DNA from: Antedon mediterranea
Lineage: Eukaryota > Animalia > Echinodermata
Direction: 5' to 3'
Assembly (NCBI RefSeq): GCF_964355755.1
Contig: NC_092679.1
Location: forward strand, 19,513,432 to 19,577,431
Length of the DNA stretch: 64,000 nt
Position numbers and translations under genes: made by a program. Shown here piece by piece: positions 1 to 6,960 of this stretch (the stretch's first letter is position 1; every line of letters starts with the position of its first letter). The notes beneath the pieces are model-generated. The model did no database searches. It was not told where the DNA came from and saw only the letters and a program-made list of their open reading frames with translations.

Positions 1-121
1 CGAAGTGCGAAACAATTACGAAAAGAAGAATTTAGCGGTAGCTCACCTCCATGATAAATGGGACAGTCCGCTATAGCGCCCTCTAGTGGGACCACTCCCA
101 CGTAATACCGTCATCATTTCT
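1..121. repeat. DIRS left inverted terminal repeat (partial)
   Basis: Exact reverse complement of 5221-5341 (121/121 by manual comparison). Confidence 0.95.
76..89 (-). promoter_or_regulatory. CTCF consensus motif in left ITR
   Basis: Minus strand reads CCACTAGAGGGCGC, matching CCASYAGRKGGCRS; binding untested. Confidence 0.5.
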
Positions 122-493
122 TTTCGTATCGTCGTAGTTGACAGACACGAAGTTTTTTCGAAGAGAAGACGAATTTCAAGGAATTCTACAGACTAGAATA
201 GTCTAGCTAGCCGAGGCTAAGTTTAACTTTCATTATTATTGATACGTTGGAATACGTTGCCGTTGTTGTTTAGACAAGGCAGAAATATCGTTTCTTATTG
301 TTATTTTGAGAATTTGATACGTTGCAAACCGTTGACTCGCCTAGCAAGCGAGTCAGAAATAGCTTTAGAGTTCACCGGGGTCACCGGCCGAGTGTAGGCA
401 ACGCTATACAACAGAATCAGTCAGGCGCTAGGTTAAGAGACTGTTTGTTAGGTAGTTGATTGTGTGTCTGTTAGACAGGTGTTTTGCACCATC

Positions 494-2089
494 ATGCCTA
501 AGCAAGAGTGTGTCCAGTGTAGGGGCCCGCGGACGACGGTGAAATGGGATCGCCACATGCGATGTATTAAGTGCCGTACGTGCAATCAGGATAACCCGTG
601 TGACGTTTGCGTTCGCTGGACGCCAGCCAAGTTTGCGTCGCTTCCGCGGCCCGTGGAACGCACTGTTGAGGTCGGTGTTCCGGAGGAGTCCGCGCCTGTG
701 GCGGCTCCAGTGGTAGCTACGCACGATGTCGTGCAACGCGAGGAAGAGCCTGTGGCTTCCGTTCCACTTGCGAAGGAGGTTATTCTCGGCGCCGCGCCTG
801 TTCCCGCTGCGGCCTCTGCAGCCCCGGACCCTAATGAGTTGTCTCCGGCGTTGCTGCATGCCATTGCGGCGGCGGTAAGGGCTTTACCAAGGGACGAGCC
901 TACGGTAGCCCCAGCCCAGCGTCCTCCGATTCCGTATTATCCGGTGCCCCCTCCTCAGACACCACTACCGCCCTTTTCTGAGGGTGCTTCGATGGAAGAC
1001 GACTATTTGTCTGATCGGACTATGGTCACGCTCTCGGATGAGGAGAGAGCCGCGTCGCTTAGGGGGCCCGGTGAGGAGGGTTTACAGGCGCTCGTGAACA
1101 GAGTTCTTCCGGCGGTACTGGCCTATCTTGGAATCGACTACTCGCTCCGCGAGCCTAAGCCTGCGCCTTCAACTAAGCGGTTTTCTACTTTCGGCATGCG
1201 TACGCCTCTTAGGAAAAGCACTACCTGTCCGGTGGTGCCTCTCGACCAAGAACTGATCGACCGCTTAGACGTGTTTGCGCGCGACTCAACAACGACACGT
1301 AGAGCCGCACCGTACATTCTCTCGTCGGCCTTTCCGGTGCCGTCAACGCAATTTGATAAGTACATCATTGCACCGGGAGTGCCTGATGCAGCCAAAGACC
1401 GCGTCCGAGAGGACCAGGGCGTAGAGGCTGGCAAGACCAACTACTTGGCTCCGAAGGCTGCTAAGACAGAAGAGACGCTTCTCGCAGTTGATAGAGCGGC
1501 CCGCGAGACAGTACGCGTGACGTCTATTTCTGGTTATCTCTTGTCGTTCCTGGCGGACCCGGAACACCCTAGAGAGCGTGATGACGAGGTCATCGCTTTG
1601 CTGCAGCAAATAACTGGTCTTATCGCTGATCAGCAAGCGTTTATTTCCGTTACGTCGGCCGCTGCTCGCCGGGTCAACGTCCTCCAGGGGACAGATATCG
1701 CGCCAGCGCAATATCGTAGATTCACTACATCGGAATCTTTCGGCGCTAAGGATCTCTTCTTCGGGAGTTTCTCCCAAAAGGAAGATAAGTGGGCGCGTGA
1801 GCGGGAGGCACGTCGTGAAACTCGATCGAGATTCCCGCAGAAACGTCGGGCTAGCCGTGGACGTTCGGGACCATCCAGACCGCCTCCCCTTTTTCCGGCT
1901 CCAGTACCGCCAACGCAACCGCCAGTACCGACACCGGCGCGTCCTGATACGCAGGCTTCTACTTCTTCCCGCGTTCGCACCCCACATGACATCAACAGAT
2001 ATCCCCGACCTGCACGAGGCAGGCCCGGAAGATATGACGCCAGCCATAAGAGCGGCAGGCGTCCGGGTGCGTTCGCGCGTCGCCGGTGA
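494..2089 (+). CDS. DIRS ORF1, Gag-like protein with N-terminal Cys/His zinc-binding cluster
   Basis: First in-frame ATG at 494; CVQC..DRHMRCIKC..CDVC..W cluster typical of DIRS ORF1; Pro/Arg-rich C-terminus; ends TGA 2087-2089. Confidence 0.85.
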   Translation: MPKQECVQCRGPRTTVKWDRHMRCIKCRTCNQDNPCDVCVRWTPAKFASLPRPVERTVEVGVPEESAPVAAPVVATHDVVQREEEPVASVPLAKEVILGAAPVPAAASAAPDPNELSPALLHAIAAAVRALPRDEPTVAPAQRPPIPYYPVPPPQTPLPPFSEGASMEDDYLSDRTMVTLSDEERAASLRGPGEEGLQALVNRVLPAVLAYLGIDYSLREPKPAPSTKRFSTFGMRTPLRKSTTCPVVPLDQELIDRLDVFARDSTTTRRAAPYILSSAFPVPSTQFDKYIIAPGVPDAAKDRVREDQGVEAGKTNYLAPKAAKTEETLLAVDRAARETVRVTSISGYLLSFLADPEHPRERDDEVIALLQQITGLIADQQAFISVTSAAARRVNVLQGTDIAPAQYRRFTTSESFGAKDLFFGSFSQKEDKWAREREARRETRSRFPQKRRASRGRSGPSRPPPLFPAPVPPTQPPVPTPARPDTQASTSSRVRTPHDINRYPRPARGRPGRYDASHKSGRRPGAFARRR

Positions 2090-4100
2090 CGCGATCGGTA
2101 CGCCCGTCCCCAACATCGACGGGCAGGTGGGGGGTCGCCTAAGACGGTTCGCCCGAGTGTGGGAGACCCTGTCGGAGGACAGGTGGATTCTCGCCACCAT
2201 AAAAAACGGCTACAGCATCGAATTTACGAGCCCCCCGGTGAGCGGGGGCGCTCGGTCGACAAGAATTCCGCCAGAGCCTCTAAAGAGATGTGCGCTTCTG
2301 GACGGCCTCAATTCTCTTCTCCAAAAAGGAGCAGTAGAACCAGTCGACGAACGATGCGCCGTCTCGGGACACGAGTCGACCGTCTTCCTCACAGAAAAGA
2401 AGACAGGCGACTGGCGACCTATTTTAAACCTGAGGAGTCTAAACAAGCGGTTTATTCGGCCCCAAAGGTTTCGGATGGAGACAGTCTCAACCATCCTTCT
2501 GGGGCTAAGACGAGGAGACTGGGCAGCCTCGATAGACCTGAAAGATGCGTACTTTCACGTTCCTATCGCAGAGGCAGATCGACGTTGGCTACGTTTCAGA
2601 ATCCTCGACCAACTGTACCAATTCGTCGCTTTGCCGTTCGGCCTATCGACGGCTCCACGCGTGTTTACACGCATAGTCAGAACGCTGGCGTCGTTCTTCC
2701 ACAAACATGGAATAAGAGTATTCATGTATCTCGACGATTGGTTGGTCGTGGCCCAGTCCAAGGACAGGCTGATGAGCAGTCTGCAATATGTCCTTCTCGT
2801 AACGGAACAGGCAGGTTTCATTGTCAATCGGGAGAAGTCGTGCCTGGTGCCGACACAGCTCCCGTTATACCTCGGAGCACAGATAAATCTCGTGACGGGC
2901 TTGGCGTGTCCATCCCAACAACGCATCGCGTCTGCAATGAGTGCAGTACGCAATCTAATATCTGCTCGTGCTCCGACGGCTTACGAATGGCTCAGAGCAC
3001 TGGGTTGTCTGGCCAGCTTCGTTGCCTTAGTTCCGTATTGCCGGCTACGTATGAGACCTTTACAGCTGCATCTGCTGGCTCATTACCGACCGCACATAGA
3101 CTCCCTACACAAAGTGGTTCCGTCGAATGCATTCATTCAGACGCATCTCGAATGGTGGCTGGTAGAAGGCAGGTTGACTGTGGGAATGCCGATTCAAAAA
3201 TCTTTGCCGGACGTCCGTATAGAGACAGACGCATCCGAGACAGGCTGGGGCGGTTGCTCCAAGGCACTCCGCGCCTCCGGCCTTTGGACGGTCAAGGAGG
3301 CGCGCTCCCACATCAACCTCCTAGAACTCTGGGCAGTCGTCAGGACCTTGAAGGCCCTTCGACCTCACGTGACCGGTCGTCACGTCCTTATCCATTCCGA
3401 CAACACAACAGTGGTAGCATATATAAATCGTCAGGGAGGCACGAGGTCACCGACGTTATGCTTCCACCTCTGGAGACTGATGATGTGGTGCATAGGCAAC
3501 AACATCAAACTCTCGGCTGCCCACATTGCGGGCAGCCTCAACATTGTGGCGGACGCTCTGTCCCGACAAACACTTTGTCCCACGGAATGGCGCCTTCTAC
3601 CCAGCATTGCCACACTGATATTCGACCACTTCGGGCGGCCTCATATAGATCTGTTTGCGACGTCAGACAACACACAGCTCCCGACCTTCTGCACAAGGTT
3701 TCGGGATGCACGTGCGTGGGCGGTGGATGCCCTATCCATACCGTGGGACGGACTATGGGCTTATGCGTTTCCACCGATCTCACTAATACCAACTGTTCTG
3801 ACGCACATTCAGCGCCATCCTTGCCGGGTCCTTCTGATCGCCCCGGGCTGGGCTCGACAAGCGTGGTATCCACTGCTTCTCGACCTGCTCTACGATCATC
3901 CCCTGCGTCTTCCAGTTCGAGAGGATCTGCTGACGCAGGGCCGAGCTGTGTTCTCACTACAGAACCTACAATCCCTGCGCCTGACTGTATGGCCATTGTC
4001 AGGGATCAGCTCCGAGACTCAGGCATTCCAGATGGCCCTGCCGCCCTCGCGGCGAAATCTCGTCGGGAATCTACTCTTACCGTCTACAATAGCCGATTAA
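1797..4100 (+). CDS. DIRS ORF2: reverse transcriptase, RNase H and Dam-like methyltransferase domain
   Basis: RT motifs WRPILNL, IDLKDAYFH, LPFGLSTAP, YLDD; RNase H TDAS..GWG, HINLLEL, SDN, ADALSR; MT-like IDLFA and YAFPP. True start uncertain: frame open from 1614, first ATG 1986. Confidence 0.95.
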   Translation: MSGRHVVKLDRDSRRNVGLAVDVRDHPDRLPFFRLQYRQRNRQYRHRRVLIRRLLLLPAFAPHMTSTDIPDLHEAGPEDMTPAIRAAGVRVRSRVAGDAIGTPVPNIDGQVGGRLRRFARVWETLSEDRWILATIKNGYSIEFTSPPVSGGARSTRIPPEPLKRCALLDGLNSLLQKGAVEPVDERCAVSGHESTVFLTEKKTGDWRPILNLRSLNKRFIRPQRFRMETVSTILLGLRRGDWAASIDLKDAYFHVPIAEADRRWLRFRILDQLYQFVALPFGLSTAPRVFTRIVRTLASFFHKHGIRVFMYLDDWLVVAQSKDRLMSSLQYVLLVTEQAGFIVNREKSCLVPTQLPLYLGAQINLVTGLACPSQQRIASAMSAVRNLISARAPTAYEWLRALGCLASFVALVPYCRLRMRPLQLHLLAHYRPHIDSLHKVVPSNAFIQTHLEWWLVEGRLTVGMPIQKSLPDVRIETDASETGWGGCSKALRASGLWTVKEARSHINLLELWAVVRTLKALRPHVTGRHVLIHSDNTTVVAYINRQGGTRSPTLCFHLWRLMMWCIGNNIKLSAAHIAGSLNIVADALSRQTLCPTEWRLLPSIATLIFDHFGRPHIDLFATSDNTQLPTFCTRFRDARAWAVDALSIPWDGLWAYAFPPISLIPTVLTHIQRHPCRVLLIAPGWARQAWYPLLLDLLYDHPLRLPVREDLLTQGRAVFSLQNLQSLRLTVWPLSGISSETQAFQMALPPSRRNLVGNLLLPSTIAD

Positions 4101-5017
4101 AGCATTTCTTTACATGGTGCAGGCGCCAACAAATAACACCAGGGTTGGTTACCCTTGGTCAAGTATGCGCCTTCCTGCATTACCTATTTGAGTCAGGTCT
4201 TCAGGTCCGCACCATTTCAGGCTATAGGTCCGCCATTGGGGCGGTGACACCAACACTGAAAGACGGTTCTACGATTTCGTCATCCTCCGTTATCACTCAG
4301 CTGATACGGGGGATGTTCAGACAACGACCTCCAGTCAAGGTCTTGATTCCTCGATGGGATGTCAACGTCGTTCTAGCCGCTCTTACACGCCCGCCATTTG
4401 AGCCTATGAGTAAGGCTTCTCTTTACAATCTCTCGCTGAAGACGGCGTTCCTGCTCGCATTGTCATCGTGCAAACGCCGAGGCGAGCTGCACGCTCTTAC
4501 CTTAGAACCAGGGCATGTGAGGTTCGAGCGAGGCGGCGTGAGGCTAGTGTTTAGGAAAGATTTCCTAGCAAAAACTCAGACGTTGAAATATTCGCCGCCG
4601 GCTGTGTTCGTCCCCACCATCACATCTTACTCGGCGGTTGACGGGGACAAACTTTGGTGCCCAGTGAGGGCCCTCAAGTGGTATATCCACCGCACAAAGA
4701 CAATTAGAGACGGAGTGTCTCACCTGTTTGTCACCTCTGTTCCACCACACCGCGCCGCAGCTAAATCAACCATAGCAAGGTGGGTCGTATCTACAATTCA
4801 AAACGCTTACACGTCATCGGACACACCGCCGCCGGCACACATGCATCAATTGCGCGCGGTTGCCACTTCGTGGGCGTTGTTCGCGGGTGTCCCTGTAGCT
4901 GACATTATGGAAGCGGCATGGTGGCGAACACAGTCTACATTCACCTCTTACTATCTTTCGGATGTGTCCGCTAATCTAGCTCCAGTGGCGACAGCAGTAC
5001 TGAAGCCTCGTCTATAG
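2159..5017 (+). CDS. DIRS ORF3: tyrosine recombinase with a long N-terminal extension overlapping ORF2
   Basis: C-terminal ~340 aa has YR catalytic residues R (KRRGELHAL), K (LAKT), HxxR (HQLR), W (AAWW), Y (FTSYY), plus CPVRAL. Same frame as ORF1. Confidence 0.93.
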   Translation: MGDPVGGQVDSRHHKKRLQHRIYEPPGERGRSVDKNSARASKEMCASGRPQFSSPKRSSRTSRRTMRRLGTRVDRLPHRKEDRRLATYFKPEESKQAVYSAPKVSDGDSLNHPSGAKTRRLGSLDRPERCVLSRSYRRGRSTLATFQNPRPTVPIRRFAVRPIDGSTRVYTHSQNAGVVLPQTWNKSIHVSRRLVGRGPVQGQADEQSAICPSRNGTGRFHCQSGEVVPGADTAPVIPRSTDKSRDGLGVSIPTTHRVCNECSTQSNICSCSDGLRMAQSTGLSGQLRCLSSVLPATYETFTAASAGSLPTAHRLPTQSGSVECIHSDASRMVAGRRQVDCGNADSKIFAGRPYRDRRIRDRLGRLLQGTPRLRPLDGQGGALPHQPPRTLGSRQDLEGPSTSRDRSSRPYPFRQHNSGSIYKSSGRHEVTDVMLPPLETDDVVHRQQHQTLGCPHCGQPQHCGGRSVPTNTLSHGMAPSTQHCHTDIRPLRAASYRSVCDVRQHTAPDLLHKVSGCTCVGGGCPIHTVGRTMGLCVSTDLTNTNCSDAHSAPSLPGPSDRPGLGSTSVVSTASRPALRSSPASSSSRGSADAGPSCVLTTEPTIPAPDCMAIVRDQLRDSGIPDGPAALAAKSRRESTLTVYNSRLKHFFTWCRRQQITPGLVTLGQVCAFLHYLFESGLQVRTISGYRSAIGAVTPTLKDGSTISSSSVITQLIRGMFRQRPPVKVLIPRWDVNVVLAALTRPPFEPMSKASLYNLSLKTAFLLALSSCKRRGELHALTLEPGHVRFERGGVRLVFRKDFLAKTQTLKYSPPAVFVPTITSYSAVDGDKLWCPVRALKWYIHRTKTIRDGVSHLFVTSVPPHRAAAKSTIARWVVSTIQNAYTSSDTPPPAHMHQLRAVATSWALFAGVPVADIMEAAWWRTQSTFTSYYLSDVSANLAPVATAVLKPRL

Positions 5018-5088
5018 GTATGTACTGGGGAAAAAATTTTGTTTCTTGTCACCCACCGCCGACTAGATATCTAGTCCGGTGCTACACT

Positions 5089-5186
5089 GGCTTATGTCGT
5101 GTTTATCCATTTAAGCAGGCACGATATAGACTACACAAACCAGAAATGGTGTTGGTAGTCTATGAGTGCCGCTTACCTGGATAAAC
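5089..5186. repeat. DIRS internal complementary region (ICR)
   Basis: 5132-5186 is the reverse complement of the right terminus 5362-5416; 5089-5109 repeats 5350-5370 and so should be complementary to the left terminus. Confidence 0.92.
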
Positions 5187-5220
5187 GCCCGCCCGCCGTC
5201 CCCTCAGACAAGAGGTCTTG

Positions 5221-5416
5221 AGAAATGATGACGGTATTACGTGGGAGTGGTCCCACTAGAGGGCGCTATAGCGGACTGTCCCATTTATCATGGAGGTGAG
5301 CTACCGCTAAATTCTTCTTTTCGTAATTGTTTCGCACTTCGTGGAAAAGGGCTTATGTCGTGTTTATCCAGGTAAGCGGCACTCATAGACTACCAACACC
5401 ATTTCTGGTTTGTGTA
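5221..5416. repeat. DIRS right inverted terminal repeat with 3' extension
   Basis: Inverse of the left ITR plus a terminal segment matching the ICR; followed by ATTTTT and AT-rich host DNA. Confidence 0.93.
5253..5266 (+). promoter_or_regulatory. CTCF consensus motif in right ITR
   Basis: CCACTAGAGGGCGC followed by TA; binding untested. Confidence 0.5.
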
Positions 5417-6609
5417 ATTTTTGTTAGAAAAAAAAGTATATTCAGGAAATATCTCTGAACAAATATGGATTTGTTATCATATATTTAAAATTATATCATA
5501 ACAACAAAGATATTGTTTTTCATTTTTCCTCATTTGTCAAATTGTATTTGCATCGAAAATTAAAAGTTTTACATAATAATTAATTTTAAGGGAATATCGC
5601 CAAACAATCATTTAAAATGATATCAAACAAATATAGGTTTATTTCTTACCGCCAAGACTTATCAAATTATATTTGCATTAGAAATTGAAATGTTGCCATA
5701 ATAATTATGCCATTTGATGTGCTTCTTGATCGGGTACTCTGACATCAATGGTCCGGTTATTAAAATTTAAAGTAGGGAGAATTTGCTGTGGCAGTTTTAA
5801 AATGTTAATATGTATTTGACAGTAGCATTGCAATCTACGTAATATTTTACCAGCTTTTATCATCCCCAGCTATTAACTAATTGCATGTTCTACCTCAAAT
5901 ACACATCATTCACACACATAATTAGCTAATTAGCATTTTTCATTATCATGATTTTTAACAACTTAAGGAGCTTCATGCTGGTAAAAAAAACTACCTGATT
6001 GTATGAATAATACACTAGGGAGTCTCATTACTATATCTTTTTTCATTAGTATTTTTAATTACTTCTTCATGATAGAAAAAAAACACATCTGAACAGCTTG
6101 AAAAGCTTCTAATGATTTTGTCTATTTTTAAACTGTATCTTGTTGCAGAACAACAATTGTGACTATGTCCTAATTGAATACATTGATGTTTAAAAAAAAT
6201 AACATGCTTATTTTTTAAAGATCTAGTTAAATGATATAAATGTACTCAATTTCAGTTGAATGGCACCAATTACAGATTATATTACAAAGTGTACACATAG
6301 ACATAGTCTTTTTTACATGATGGAATTTTCACAAGAAATACCATTAACATTTAAAATACCATATACTCTTTTTGCTGTGATTTTATACCAGAAACAATAA
6401 ATTCCATGCTACACAGAATATGAATATGAAGCTTATTTGTTTCACCTTTATATATTTAATGACATTTGACTTCCTAAGTATTATTTATATCATCAAATTC
6501 TACTTTTCTAACATTTTTTAAAGTTTAGTAAGTAGACTTCTATTGCTAGAATTTTTAACACAGAACCGTTGAAGGAGTTAAATTAAACCTAGGATTGTAC
6601 CATCAGATG

Positions 6610-6887
6610 CAGTGTTCTCCCAATATAGAAAATTAAGCGGAAGAGTACAAAATTGTATAAAGATATAACTATCTACTAAATACAAAGAAGTCAAATAATA
6701 TTGTACTTTGTCTATCCAATCGACAACATACAGCCTTTGATTGCCCTTGGTCTATGTTTTTAATGGCTAGGCCTAACCTACCACTAAAAGAGTGTTTATG
6801 TACAATTTCCTTACACCTTTTTTAATACTCGTTGGAGTAAATTTAAACCGGCAAATCTTGCTGGCAAAACCTGCTTCGGGAGAACAC
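6610..6887. mobile_element. Possible degenerate hAT-like MITE
   Basis: CAGTGTTCTCCC ... GGGAGAACAC short inverted ends; no clear TSD. Confidence 0.3.
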
Positions 6888-6960
6888 CACACCGCATCAT
6901 CATTAAACTTGCTCAACATTTTTATATATATGTATATATATTATTTTGTCTTATCGTTAG

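Larger units (their letters stand above)
1..5416 (+). mobile_element. DIRS-like tyrosine-recombinase retrotransposon, apparently intact; left end truncated by the window edge
   Basis: Three overlapping ORFs (gag-like, RT/RNaseH/MT, YR); ITRs 1-121 vs 5221-5341; ICR 5089-5186 complementary to the right terminus; abrupt GC-to-AT switch after 5416. Confidence 0.96.

Noticed and set aside
464-493. ORF-track starts at GTG/TTG (464, 1797, 2159 and others)
   Set aside because: Eukaryotic locus; these are prokaryote-style start calls.
2087-2089. UGA as a selenocysteine codon
   Set aside because: No SECIS-like element recognised after ORF3 and no redox motif context; ordinary readthrough is simpler.
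428-4750. Antisense ORFs within the DIRS element (e.g. 1343-2200, 285 aa)
   Set aside because: No recognisable motifs; expected shadow ORFs of GC-rich, multiply constrained coding DNA.
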